NCBI GenBank assembly: GCA_951406725.2
Contig: OX597819.1
Span: 49,476,001 to 49,540,000, forward strand
DNA: 64,000 nt
Reading direction: 5' to 3'
Origin: Octopus vulgaris
Lineage: Eukaryota
Shown here: positions 1 through 12,835 of the stretch, in pieces
Layout: every line of letters begins with the position of its first letter
Position numbering within the stretch: the stretch's first letter is position 1
Position numbers and translations under genes: made by a program
The notes under the pieces: generated by a model
Told to the model about the DNA's origin: nothing
What the model saw: only the letters and a program-made list of their open reading frames with translations
Database searches by the model: none

Positions 1-244
1 ACAAAAATTCAGTTATGGTTTATTATTGTTTGTATTTTGAATTACATATATTCACGGGCACCAAAGTCTTTTACGTGCTTAGAGCCTCTATGGCCCTGTT
101 GCAGAGGAAGAGGATCTCTATTTTTTAGACCTGGTCAAGGAACTTTCTGGTATCAGTTTGTATAATACCTGCAGCAATATGCAGTTAGAATGTTGATAAA
201 ATAAAATAAAGTGAATTGAAAGTTTTAATAAAATGTTAGCACAT

Positions 245-870
245 AGGTGTAGGAGTGGCTGTGTAGTAAGTAGCATGCTTACAAACCACATGGTTCCAGG
301 TTCAATCCCACTGCGAGGCACCTTGGGCAAGTGCCTTCTACTATAGCCTCGGGCTGACCAAAGTCTTGTGAGTGGATTTGGTAGACGGAAACTGAAAGAA
401 GCCCATCGTATATATGTATACATATATATATTTCTTTACTACCCACAAGGGGCTAAATATAGAGGGGACAAACAAGGACAGACAAATGGATTAAGTCGAT
501 TACATCGACCCCAGTGCGAAACTGGTACTTTATTTATCGACCCCGAAAGGATGAAAGGCAAAGTCTACCTCGGCGGAATTTGAACTCAGAACATAATGTC
601 AGACGAAATACTGCTAAGCATTTCGCCCGGGGCGCTAACGTTTCTGCCAGCTCGCGTGTTTGTGTGTCTGTGTTTGTCCCCCCAACATCGTTTGACAACC
701 GATGCTGGTGTGCTTACATCCCTGTAACTTAGCAGTTGGGCAAAAGAAACTGATAGAATAAGTACTAGGCTTACAAAGAATAAGTCCTGGGGTCGATCTG
801 CTCGACTAAAGGTGGTGCTCCAGCATGGCCGCAGTCAATTGACTGAAACATGTAAAAGAGTAAAAGAGAG
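245..870 (+). mobile_element. tRNA-derived SINE family A (CORE-like), interrupted by a family B SINE
   Basis: Pol III A box TGGCTGTGTAGT, B box GGTTCAATCCC, CORE-like CCTTGGGCAAGTG, central TA/TG microsatellite, 3' tail GTAAAAGA repeats; many similar copies in the window. Confidence 0.9.
429..655 (-). mobile_element. SINE family B (Meta-domain-like), tail type 1, nested in SINE A microsatellite
   Basis: Reverse complement: GAGCTGGCAGAAACGTTAGC head, GAGTTCAAATTCC B box, GCCTTTCATCCTTTCGGGGTCGATAAA domain, TTGTCTGTCCTTGTTTGTCCCCTCT tail. Confidence 0.9.
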
Positions 871-1696
871 AGACATACTAAGTAATAGAATGCTGGGCTC
901 TTTTCAAACTATGAACCACACCCCCAAAAATGGAATTTGGCTTAGTAACTTAAGAAAATAATCAGTTTGCATTTGTGACATTGACACCAACTTATTGTGT
1001 GATAGATCTGTAGTACGATGGAATCTAACTTAGATTAACACTTTAATTGATAAGATAAAACTGATGGGTAACAGCTAAAATGAATAGATGAGAAGGATAA
1101 ATGATAAGCCGGCTTGATAAACTGCAAACATAACAGTAATATATTTTGTTCTTATGCACAAACATATTCAATTTATACTTTTATCTATTAGATAGAGCTG
1201 TATTTAATGGTAAACTGATGGTTTTTTCTTCATACAATTATAATTTAACTTGTATGTTTTTATTTCTGAACCACACCTTGTTACATGCTGTTTCGTGTAG
1301 GTGTATAAAAGTGGAATGTGGGTGTTTAGTGTAAAAGAAGAATGTGTAAAAATTCCAAATTATACAAGTAGCTTTCAATTTACAAAACTTCCAAATAGTC
1401 AATTGAATTTTCTATTATTTCACTGAAGCTTTTAAGTTCTACCAGAGTTATATTCATACATAACATAGGGAATATATTTGTCAACCACTGAACTTCCATT
1501 TAGTTTTAATCATTTTGTATCTGTTTATCAATGCTTCTATAAATTGTACAGATTTATTTCTGAGAAATTCTAGCACTTTTAATAGCAACACAGATGCTTT
1601 TATCATATAATGGAACTGATATTGATTTCCTAGCTAGGTCGCTTGAGACATCCAAAATAAGATGATGCAAGCAACAAATAATATCACGAGTGTACA

Positions 1697-2010
1697 TATG
1701 TATGGCTGTGTGGTTTACAAGTTTACTTCGAAATCACATGGTCCTGGGTTCAGTCCCCCTCTGCAGAACTTTGGGTAAATAACTTCTGTAATGCATGCAT
1801 GCATGCACACACACGCACATACATGCATGCACATATATGCATATACATATATACACATACATATACATATATATATATACACACATATACATAACATCGA
1901 CATACATGTGTGTGTGAATGTATGTGTGTGGTATACTTGCATGCATGTATGTGTGGGTGGTGTGCCTGTATTAATGTGTGTGTGTGTGATGTGTGCATGT
2001 GTATGTGCCT
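1697..2010 (+). repeat. Degenerate SINE A 5' fragment followed by CA/TA/TG microsatellite
   Basis: TGGCTGTGTGGT...GGGTTCAGTCCC then mixed dinucleotide repeats. Confidence 0.7.
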
Positions 2011-2296
2011 TTGCACTAACAGTGCTTGAGCAGCAATGATGTATTTATATCCCACATAAAACAACAGTCTGAAGGCTCTGTGGCTGAACGTTGCAAAGAC
2101 ATATAATTGTCTTGCTAGAAAACAAGTAAGGGCTTGCTTCAGGAAAGCCATCTAACAATAACTGTCCCAATAACGTTCATCCAACCCATGCCAGCATGGA
2201 AAAAGCAGACAAAAATGATGATGATGACTAAGTTCTTACATGAGTTGCATATGTTTGACTGTTTAAACAATGAAGAACGTAATGTTTCAAGACTTT

Positions 2297-2357
2297 GTCC
2301 TTTGTCTGAGAGAGAGAATCCTTTGTCGGAGAGAAAGTGTCCTTTGTCTGAGAGAGG
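2297..2357. repeat. ~21-22 bp minisatellite x3
   Basis: TCCTTTGTC(T/G)GAGAGA unit seen three times. Confidence 0.8.
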
Positions 2358-3474
2358 TTGTTGCTTTGGCTACAAATAAATTAGTTTGCAGCCAAAGTTA
2401 CAATATTACTTTCTTTCACACTCTCAAATCAAGGGTAAAGTGCCAAAATGTCTGATTCTTTGCTCCTCTAGGTGAATTTAACAAAATCTTACCTGCCAAA
2501 CCTGACCATGAGTTACCTTGGATTCCTGGTTTTACCTTCTCTTAATCTAGTTTGAATTCTTTTCAGGAGTAATAGTAAATAAGAGCACAAATGAGAATTT
2601 ATTTCCTGCACTTGCCACAAGCCAATAATATTATAAAGGATAAGTGTAATGGGAATTGATTGAATAAGATCATTATTGATAGAGAGAAGATATAACTTCC
2701 TTAAATTATACTGTAATTCTAATTCTTCAAAGTGGTTTGAGGTGGAGGGATTGTCTTCAGTGTCTATGTAAATTTGATAATCTTAACAGTTTTGTATTTA
2801 ATTAACATTCCCAAGTGATAATGCATTAAAATTATAGTAAGACACTGAGGTTGATATAATGTAGATAATTTAATATATTTAATCTAAACATATGCTTCTT
2901 TATTCAAATTATCCTCATCAGCATAATTTTAATAGATGTATTCCCAACTTAGACTAAATGAATTTACAATATAACATCATTCTCTTTGCCTTGCAATCTT
3001 ATGCCACCTCATCCATGAGACCAAATATTCACAAATTCAATCAATCAAATTAATTCCAAATCTTCTCAGTTTACCACTCTGTTAATATCTCTGATATTAT
3101 TTCACATGAACATAATCTTTTCTTGTGCGTTAATTTTCAATATCCTTCAAATCATACTTCTCCAGATTCTCCAATTATTGTGAATTCTTTATGTTCACAG
3201 CCAATGTTTAACTGCCATAGATCATTACAATTGTCATACAAACAGTCTTCACTACAACGTGGGACACTATTTGCGCTGGAAGTAATGATTTTCTAAAACT
3301 TATTCTACAGTCATTAAATGCTAGCCACTATGTCATCATTAATGCCAACACTAGTTATGTCACCTAGGTTACATAACTACTTGCACTGAGTCATCCAAGC
3401 AATTGTTCATATCACCAGCTGCACCAAAAAACTTTTTCCTCTCCCAGTCTGCCATAGATGCTAAAACACTTTTT

Positions 3475-3935
3475 GATGATGATGACGTCCAATATTTTAA
3501 ATCCAAGTTTGACCCCGTTAACGGGGGGTGGCTGGATCTACCTCACTCCTACAGCAACCACTCACTATCTCACCTGGTTTTGGACGTCCTCCCTCCTCAA
3601 GCCAACCCTCTCAATCTACTCCTCCATCTGTCCCCTTGATGTTGTCTTTGGTTGACCTCACTTTCGTGGTTCATTCACTCAAGCACTCTCCTCAGAACAT
3701 GATCTTCTCCCTCCTCAACACATGTGCATACCACCACATTCCATTCGCCCTTGCCAGCTGTTCCATCCATTCTTCCAACCCCAGCACCCCCATCAATTCC
3801 TCAGCCCTCCTTTTATCCAATAGTTTCACACCACATATTGCTCTCTCGGTCCATACAGCATTGCAGATCTTATGCAACTCTTATAAACCCTTCCTTTCAT
3901 CCTCAAGGAGAACCTTTTCCCATATGTGCATAAAT
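3475..3935 (-). mobile_element. 5'-truncated RTE-clade LINE 3' end
   Basis: Minus ORF 3692-3877 RAICGVKLLDKRRAEEL...MWWYAHVLRRE matches the RTE C-terminal RLRWYGHVLRR region; (TCA)n tail at ~3475. Confidence 0.75.
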
Positions 3936-3950
3936 TTCTGTTCAAACTAC

Positions 3951-4310
3951 ATAGAATAAGTACTAGGCTTACAAAACATAAGTCCTGGGGTCAATTTGTT
4001 CGACTAAAGGCGGTGTCTAGCATGGCCACAGTCAAATGACTGAAACAAGTAAAAGAGTAAAATAAACATATATATGTGTGTGTGTGTGTGTGTATGTTTG
4101 TGTGTCTGTGTTTGTCCCCCAAACATCACTTGACAACCGATGCTGGTGTGTTTACATCCCCATAACTTAGCGGTTTGGCAAAAGAGACCAATAGAATAAG
4201 TACTCGGCTTACAAAAAATAAGTCCTGGGGTCAATTTGTTCGACTAAAGGCGGTGCTCCAGCATGGCCACAGTCAAATGACTGAAACAAGTAAAAGAGTA
4301 AAATAAACAT
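3951..4310 (+). mobile_element. SINE A 3' half with local tandem duplication of its last ~120 bp
   Basis: ATAGAATAAGTACT...GTAAAAGAGTAAAATAAACAT occurs at ~3951-4070 and ~4191-4310. Confidence 0.85.
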
Positions 4311-4624
4311 TTTATTCATTAATTTTATAAATTGTAATGCATACTTTATTACTATATTTGCAGTTACTTGTAAAATTTCTCAAAAATTATACTTATAAGA
4401 GCCCGGAACTTCAGCTTGCCCAAATCACCAGCAACTCTAAGATTAAACCTAGGTTTGAATGTAACATGTATAATGGCATTAGCTGTGTATTACTAAACTT
4501 CCCTTGATATCTAGTTTCAATGAGATACACAAAGGGTGGTTGAAAATATTAGTTTACATAAGAAAACAGCATCAGTTGTGATGAAGACATTCAAAATTGC
4601 CAAAGCACAAAATAAACAATATAT

Positions 4625-4890
4625 CAGTTGTTAACTGTCAGGATACTGCATCCTTCAAAAGTTCCATGCTTCCTGGAGTTTTTTGTCTTGATGTGACAAT
4701 GTGCCCTTTCCTCTTTACAGCTCTTTTACTGTCCCTTTTTCTGTCTTTTTGTGTTTTATTCTGTGTACTGTGCATATACTTTTGGCATTCATTGCTCTTC
4801 CTTTACATGACTTATTGAGCTTTCTATCCCCTCTCTTACTTTTTCCTGGCAAGTTGTAGTGCACCTGAGCATAACATACAATAAGCTTAA
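4625..4890 (+). mobile_element. CR1-type LINE 3' end fragment
   Basis: Similar to 20075-20290 (TCAGTTGTTA..ACTGCATCCTTCAAAA..CAAGTTGT(A/G)GTGCACCTGAGCA). Confidence 0.6.
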
Positions 4891-4960
4891 ACTTATAAGG
4901 CTGATATTATCTTATCCACTTTCCTGTTGCAACTACTCATTTGAAAAGAAAGACAATGGT

Positions 4961-5146
4961 ACTCTTTTACTTGTTTCCGTCATTTGACTGTGGCCATGCT
5001 GGAGTACCGCCTTTAGTTGTGCAAATCGCCCCCAGGACTTATTCTTTGTAAGCCTAGTACTTATTCTATTGGTCTCTTTTGCCGAACTGCTAAGTTACAG
5101 GGACGTAAACACACCAGCATCGGTTGTCAAGCGATGTTGAGACAGG

Positions 5147-5203
<57 letters not shown>

Positions 5204-5381
5204 CATATACATATATACGATGGGCTTCTTTCAGTTTCCATCTACCAAATCCACTCAAAAGGCTTTGGTCAGCCCGAGGCTATAGTAAAAGACACTTGCC
5301 CAAGGTGCCATGCAGTGGGACTGAATCTGGAACCATGTGGTTGGTAAGCAAGCTACTTTCCACACAGCCACTCCTGCACCT
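4961..5381 (-). mobile_element. SINE A, full length
   Basis: Reverse complement of family consensus with (CA)n core. Confidence 0.9.
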
Positions 5382-6729
5382 ATAGTAAATAATAAACTCC
5401 TTTACTCATCAATTTTTTTTCCTAAAGAGAGTAGTTTATACCATATTTTAAAGGAACAAACAACAATAAGAAGGAGAATGAAAAAGAGGGGAAGGAGCAT
5501 GAGGAGTGAGTCAAACATTTTAGTTATTATAGCACAAACAAACATTTGTCTGATGCAAAAATTTCTGAGTTGGAAGAACAAAGAACTGTGTAAATTAAGT
5601 TAAAATGATGAAGCAATACGATTTGTGATGTAATGTAAGTAATTTATATATATTTGAGAACTATTGGATGGAAATAGTATTGAATATAATTTCAATGATT
5701 AAATAAAACTATTTGTGTATTAAATAGTATTTATTATACTTATTTTTTTTTTTTAGAGTTGTTTCTAATCCTCGAGACAAAAGATATTAATGAAAGTAAA
5801 ATGATTACATCAATAATTTATATTTTTAAACAATGCAAGTTAATTTTCTTTTAAATAAATAAATAAATATCTAACAAATTGTTATTTTCTATTAGATATA
5901 GTTGGCAAGACCAATTATCAAAGTACAAATGTAATGAGACAGAACAAAATTGCATTCTCTTTGTAGTCAGAAATATTTATTTGTATTTTTCTATTCTTAT
6001 ATCAACAGAAAAAATCTGTTAAATCATCCTTATTTTTGACTTCATTCTCTCTTAGCCTTAGTTTGTATATTATTCTAAAACCAACTACTTCCTAATTATT
6101 TTATGTCAACTGTGGTTTCCATCTACAATCATTTTATTCAATTTTACTTTAATCCTTTCTCATGAAATCTCCAGAACATATGAGCCTTTTAAATCACAAG
6201 GAACATCCAATACTAAATACTTATCAGCTGCTTACTTCGTTGTGAGTTGATGTACCTGTAGTTGATCTAAAGAAGATAATACTCATTTCATTTCTTTCTC
6301 CTTCTCCTTCACTGCTTACATTTCAGCTCCAGCTATTAAATTTCTTATAGGAAACCATCATATGACCAGCACTATGTCTGAACAGACAGTAAAAGACAGA
6401 GAGTATCTCAGAGAGAATCTCTTTGTTATAAACAACAGCAGTTCAGCTCTATAGAATATTGTGTTTATACCAACACTGGCACCATCACCAAATATAAATT
6501 TTCTACTCTGCTGCACTGAATCTTTGTCCAACACAAAATGTCTAACATAAAATACTGAGAGAAAAGAACAAAGAAATGTGTAAATTAATTTGAAATGATG
6601 GAGCCATGGCTGTGATATTAATGAATGTAATGTATATATATTTAAGAAGTATTGAATGGAATTAGTATTGAATAGATTTTCAATGGTTAAATAAAACTAT
6701 CCAATTATCTTGAAGCAATACATCTCTTA

Positions 6730-7001
6730 GTGGAGGTGCAATGGCTCAGTGGTTAGGGCAGCGGACATGCGATTGGAGGATCGTGGTTTCGATTCCCAGA
6801 CCGGGCGTTGTGTGTGTTTATTGATTTTAATACACCTAAAAGCTCCATGAGGCTCACTCTCTCTTCCTGTTTCTTGAGTAATGCTGTGACGGACTGGTGT
6901 CCTGTCCAGCTAGGGGGAGCACATACGTCACAGAAACTGGGAAACCAGGCCCATGAGCCTGGCTAAGCTTGAAAAGGGCAAAGTTTATCGTTTATTATTT
7001 T
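6730..7001 (+). mobile_element. tRNA-derived SINE family E
   Basis: A box TGGCTCAGTGGT, B box GGTTTCGATTCCC; TSD AATACATCTC at 6717-6726 and 7002-7011. Confidence 0.85.
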
Positions 7002-7364
7002 AATACATCTCATACACTGTCATAGTATTAAGTTCTTCCAAAAGTATTTTCCACATACATAGTTAAATATCTGTTATGAATGTTTGCTAAGAAGATCTTA
7101 GTTTATATATCAAGTGTTCAGGTGAACAGTTATATAGACTTTGAAATTATTAAAAGTGATTCAAATTTTTGCCACCTCACATATGAATTTGTTTTGTATA
7201 AATCACAAACTCAAACCTCCTGTGAAAATACCTTGTTCTAATACAAGGCTTATGATTCTACTTGTCTGATTCAATTAAACTTGAAAATAAAAATATTATT
7301 CACATATCACAGAATAATAAATATAAAATGGAATCCAGCTGTAATATACTAGGCAGTATTTTTT

Positions 7365-7560
7365 TTTTTTTACTTGTTTCAGTCATTTGACTGCAGCCAT
7401 GCTGGAGCATCACCTTTAGTCAAACAAATCAGCCCCAGGACTTATTATATTGGTCCCTTTTGTTGAGCTGCTAAATTATGGGAATGTAAACACACCAACA
7501 TTGGTTTTTAAGTGATAGTGGGGGAACAAACACAGACACACAAATACATACATACATACA

Positions 7561-7596
<36 letters not shown>

Positions 7597-7762
7597 TACG
7601 ACAGGCTTCTTTCAGTTTCCATCTACTAACTCCACTCACAAGGTGTTGGTTGGCCTGAGGCTATTATAGAAAACACTTGACCAAGGTGCCACACACTGGG
7701 ATGGAACCTGGAATCATGTGGTTGGGAAGTAAGCTTCTTACCCCACAGCCACTCCTGCACCT
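7365..7762 (-). mobile_element. SINE A
   Basis: Reverse-complement family match, (TACA)n core. Confidence 0.85.
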
Positions 7763-7789
7763 ATTAGTTTCTTTATCTTCTATCTTTTA

Positions 7790-8018
7790 ATTTTCACTTG
7801 TTTCAGTCGTTGAACTGTGGTCATGCTGGGGCACTGCCTTGAAGAATTTTAGTTGATTGAATCAAACCCACTACTTTTTTTTAAAGCCTGGTACTTATTC
7901 TATCAGTCTCTTTTGCTGAACCACTAAGTTATTGGGATGTAAACACACCAATAACAGTCATTAAGTGGTAGTGGCAAACAAACACAAATGCACACACACA
8001 CACACATGTATACACATG

Positions 8019-8054
<36 letters not shown>

Positions 8055-8186
8055 CTGCTCAGAAGGCTTTTGTCAGCCCAGGCTATAATTGAAGACCCTT
8101 ACCCAAGGTGCCACACAGTGGGACTGAGTCTGGAACTGGAACCTTTTGGTTAAGGCAACAAACTTCTTAATACATAGCCATGCCTA
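7790..8186 (-). mobile_element. SINE A, older variant
   Basis: Diverged reverse-complement family match. Confidence 0.8.
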
Positions 8187-8334
8187 TTTCTGTAACAAAA
8201 AAAAAACTCAAAAAAATCTTACAGAATGGTTGTACAGTCAAGAAGTTTGCAACCACATGCTTATGGGTTTTATTCCAGTGCAAAAAGTTCCTTGGGCAAG
8301 TGGTTTTTACTACAACCTCAGATAAACCAATACT

Positions 8335-8580
8335 TTCATTGTCATCGTCATCATCATCATCATCATCGTTGACATTGTTGTCATCATCATTATCATCATC
8401 ATCATCATCATTGATGTCGTCATCATTATCATCATCATCATCATCTTCGTTATCATCACCATTATCATTGTCACCATTGTCGTCATTGTCATCATCCTTA
8501 CAATCATCATCATAACTGTCATCACCATCATCACCAACACTATCAAACCCACCACCATCGTCATCATCATCATCATCATT
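8335..8580. repeat. Degenerate (TCA)n trinucleotide expansion, tail of adjacent family C element
   Basis: Long TCA/TCG/TTG run abutting family C on minus strand. Confidence 0.9.
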
Positions 8581-8790
8581 TAATGTCCATTTCAATGCTG
8601 GCACAGGCTGGGCAGTTTGATAGGAACTGGTGAAACTGCACCAAGTTCTAATATCTGCTTTGGCATGGTTTCTATGGCTGGATACCCTTCCTTCTACTAC
8701 CACCACTTTACAGATTGTATGAAGTGCTTTTTATGTGGCACCAGCAGCAGTGAGGTTACCAAGTAACTTGCAGGACGATAGCCCTCAATG
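8581..8790 (-). mobile_element. Family C retroposon (RTE-type tail)
   Basis: Reverse complement of GGAAGGGTATCCAGCCATAGAAACCATGCC...GGACATTAAATGATGATG. Confidence 0.75.
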
Positions 8791-9164
8791 AAGAGAGGAG
8801 TACTAGAGAGGGACTTGCAGAAAAGGAGAAGCATGGCAACCTCAGGTGGAGATTGGAGAAAGAGAGGAGAAAGTGAGAGAGAGAAAGAGAGAAAGGAAAG
8901 AGAGAGAGAGAGAGAGAATGGTGAAGATGTGATGAGTTTACTCCTAGGTTACAGTGAGGTGTATATAGTAAAGTGGACTGGGGATTGAAAAGAGTGAGTG
9001 GGTGGGTAAATTTATGAAATTTCAAAAGGTGAATGGGAGGTAAATAGGGTAAGATGGAAGGGGTGAGTGGAATTTGGTTGACAGAAATTATGCCTGTTGA
9101 GTGCATATATGAGTCTATGCGTGTGTGTGTGTGTGTGTGCTTGTGTGTGTGAATATCTTTCACT

Positions 9165-9378
9165 GATGTATATAAAAGGATTGCCCCCTATAAGGGCTGG
9201 TTTCCCAGCTTTCATGGCAGACTGTTGCAGGATTACTCATTTTTGCCAGCTGAATGTACTTGAGCAATGTGAAATGAAGTGTTATGCTCAAGAACACAAT
9301 ATATCACATAGCTCAGGAATTGAAACCACAATCTTACAATCATGAATCCAGCACCCTAGCCACTTGGCCACATGTCTA
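9165..9378 (-). mobile_element. SINE family E
   Basis: Reverse complement GTGGCCAAGTGGCTAGGG...GTGGTTTCAATTCC...GTTCTTGAGCATAACACTTCATTTC. Confidence 0.75.
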
Positions 9379-9392
9379 CATAATGTATATCC

Positions 9393-10168
9393 TTTTCTAC
9401 TCTAGGTACAAGGCCCCAAACTTTTAGGGAGGAGGCCAGTTGATTAGATCGACTCCAGCATGCAACTGGTACTTAATTTATTGACCCCCAAAAGGATGAA
9501 AGGCAAAGTCGACCTTGGCGGAATTTGAACTCAGAATGTAAAGATAGTCGAAATATTGCTAGATCCCTGGTCTGGTGGTACGTAAAAAGCACTATCCGAC
9601 TCGTGGCCGATGCCAGCGCCGCCTCAACTGGCTTCCGTGCCGGTGGCACATAAAATACACCAATCCGACCGTGGCCGTTGCCAGCTTCGCCTGGCACCTG
9701 TGCAGGTGGCACGTAAAAAGCACCCACTACACTCACGGAGTGGTTGGCGTTAGGAAGGGCATCCAGCTGTAGAAACATTGCCAGATAAGACTGGAGCCTG
9801 GTGCAGCCTTCTGGCTTCCCAGATCCCCGGTCGAACCGTCCAACCCATGCTAGCATGGAGAACGGACGTTAAACGATGATGATGATGATGATGATGATTT
9901 CACTTAGCACGCTGTTTCTGCCAGCTTGCTGCCTTTCAAGCTATGATTATTCTTTTCTACTCTAGGCACAAGGCCCGAAATTTTGAGGAAGGGAGCCAGT
10001 CAATTAGATCAACCCCAGTACACAACTGGTATTTAATTTATTGACCCCCAAAAGGATGAAAGGTAAAGTCAACCTCGGCAGAATTTGAACTCAGAATGTA
10101 AAGAAAGACGAAATACCACTAAGTATTTCTCCCGGCACGCTAACATTTCTTCCTGCTCACCACCTTTC
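9393..10168 (-). mobile_element. Tandem pair of SINE B (tail type 2) within one 14-bp TSD; one unit interrupted by family C
   Basis: CATAATGTATATCC at 9379-9392 and 10169-10182; units ~9393-9937 and ~9950-10168. Confidence 0.85.
9561..9898 (+). mobile_element. Family C retroposon with internal tandem repeats and (GAT)n tail
   Basis: Three GGTGG(C/T)AC(G/A)TAAAA(A/T)..CAC units, GGTTGGCGTTAGGAAGGGCATCCAGCTGTAGAAA, GGACGTTAAAC(GAT)n. Confidence 0.85.
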
Positions 10169-11591
10169 CATAATGTATATCCATGAAAGATATAAATTTC
10201 TTAAGAAAAGCATAAATACTAGTGCTTTGCAAATTAAGTCCCTTGTGGTGTTTGTATCAAATTACAGGCACTCCCTTATCACTTTAGAAGTCAGAAATGT
10301 AGTAAACCAGTGATTGACTAAGATGAAAACCTATAAGTAATGACTTTTGTTCTTCAACTGTGATATGAAATTTAAAAAATAAAAAAGAAAACCAGCTAAA
10401 ACGTAAAAGGCAAAGACAATTTCAGGTAATCAATATTTGAAATTGACACAATTATATTTCTCTAGTAACAAGTCTCTTCCTTCATGAACCGTATATATAT
10501 ATTCTTTTTTTATTCTATTCAATTTCTCAAGAATTCATTGCTATTTTCTGCCAATTCAAGATCAGCCATCATTTGTAATAGACCTCATTCTTAGTAGCAA
10601 TGAGAAGCTGGGCGTTGTCCTAAATAGGTCTGTTCAACAGGAAAGAAAATTGCTCCAGTACATCTTTGCCTTGGTAATTCTTATAACAAAGCAGCTGTCA
10701 GTTACTTCGGTGTAAAGTATCTTGAGTTATTTCTTACTAAGATGCTTCATTATTTTTCTAGAACAATCACACAGATTGCCACGTGTTACAGAAGTATGTG
10801 GGTGGCAGAGATTAAGTAACTCAATTAAATTAGAACAATTAACATTGAGTTTTCCTTAATCTATTTTAACTTGTTTTTAAAAAGAAAAATTGAAGTATCT
10901 CAATCATTAGTTTAGTACTAATCCTACTAGTAACTACCAAGTTAACAATACTAGGAAGTATTAATAGTAATATTACAATAATAAATTCAGTTCTATGACT
11001 CATTCTAACACATCCCAAACACCATTAGCAACCATCCAACACAAACGTACCACACCTTTTTCCAATAAATTTCTTTTTTATCTGTTTGCTCTTTTGTTTT
11101 CTACTCTTCCTGTGTTATATTTCTTTTGTAGCCTTATAATGTATATTTAATACATAAGCAACCAGGGAGAGCAATGAAAGTGAAGTCTGGCTTCTCAACA
11201 GAAGTTGTTAGATATAAATTATCTTAAATATTTTCATGTCATTATTTACGGTACTAAATAAGCCGATAGTCATTTAATAGCAAATATATATATGAAAAAT
11301 AAACAAAGAAAAATGTAGAAGTATCTCTGTGTCTCTCTTTCTCACTCTCTCTCATACACACATGCATACACATGCACACACACACATGCACATGTGTATA
11401 TGTATAACCTGTCCAGAATGTCACACTGCACTCTACATGATTCACCATTACTTGCCAGGGTGTGCACTATGGTCTTCGGCTAGCAGGAAGCATGCTATAT
11501 CTATAACAATAGATCTGATCTATGTGTCACTCCTAGTTATTCAACCAGCTACCTGATGGCATAGTCTTCTCAATCAAAGCTTACCTAAACC

Positions 11592-11604
11592 GCACAACAC
11601 ACAT

Positions 11605-11702
<98 letters not shown>
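11592..11702. repeat. (CA)n microsatellite
   Basis: Near-perfect CA run. Confidence 0.95.
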
Positions 11703-11703
<1 letters not shown>

Positions 11704-12288
11704 CGTACGCACAGAATATTTTTCTGAAGAGAATTCGATCCCATTGTGAGTATCTACTTTGTTCACCACACTGACACCTTACAGAAAGGCATGAATATCA
11801 CAACACCAATTTCCACAAACCCTTAAAAATCAATACAGCTAATCATTCATCGACAAATTCAAGTACGTATGTGTTTCAGTGTTTTCTTTCAGACAAACAG
11901 AAATGTCCCTTATCTTATTGTGTCACACAATACTCTAAAGAGAAAGTAAGTGATTTTAAGGTAGTTATTACGACTATAAAAAAAAAACAACTCTAAGTAG
12001 AAGCAAACATAAAAATGTTATCAGGAAATATGGCTGTATAGAGATTGGCATTACTACAGAAACTCAACAGAATGTATTTGTCATATATAGCCAAGTGATT
12101 GAGGCTGGTGTAAAAACCAAATCCGGTCCAATCAATGAAACTGTCATTCACTGACAAAGACTTTGCTGGGAGGTACAAAACTGTTCGACAGGTACAGCAG
12201 CTGTAGGCTAAGATGGATGGAATGGTGGGTGAGTGGGGGTGAGAGAGTGACAAAAAAAAACATACATACATACATACATACATGGAAA

Positions 12289-12330
<42 letters not shown>

Positions 12331-12457
12331 ATCACATTTTCCATGTGAATGAAATATCCTTATTGGAAATGAATGGTTGAAAAGAATAAATAAAATAAAA
12401 GTAATTTCTTACTTCATGAAACCAATGGAAATCAAGCTGCTGGCTTAGAAAATTAAC

Positions 12458-12642
12458 AATGATGATGATGGTGGTGGTTGTGGTGGTAGTGATGATGATG
12501 ACGATGATAATGGTGATGATGACGACGATGATAGTGGTGGTGGTGATGGTGGGTGATGGTAGTAGAGGGTGGGGTGGTGGTGGTGGTAGTGGCGGCGGCG
12601 GCGGCAGCGATGATGGTGGTGATGATGATGATGATGATAATG

Positions 12643-12674
<32 letters not shown>

Positions 12675-12835
12675 GAGGAGGAGGAGGAGGAGATAAAATA
12701 GTGGAAAAGGTGATGATGGCTTTAGCAGCAAATGTGTGAGAGATAGTAGTAGTAACAACATCGAGAGTAACGAATTAAAAGTGTGATGATAACAGATGAT
12801 GATTGTGATGATGCTGATTAATGTAATGATGTGAG
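12458..12835. repeat. Compound trinucleotide repeat (GAT/GGT/GGC/GAG)
   Basis: Successive trinucleotide runs; the ORFs here are homopolymeric artefacts. Confidence 0.9.

Noticed and set aside
118-732. Recurring ORFs such as RWASFSFRLPNPLTRLW and RNWYFIYRPRKDERQS
   Set aside because: Chance frames in SINE consensus sequences, repeated wherever the SINE occurs
6730-6805. tRNA-like sequence with A and B boxes (also 19004, 22750, 40316)
   Set aside because: Continues into SINE body and tail with TSDs; no proper acceptor stem or Pol III terminator, so a SINE head rather than a tRNA gene
8167-8706. Poly-Asp, poly-Ser and poly-Met ORFs
   Set aside because: Translations of a (TCA)n retroposon tail, open in several frames
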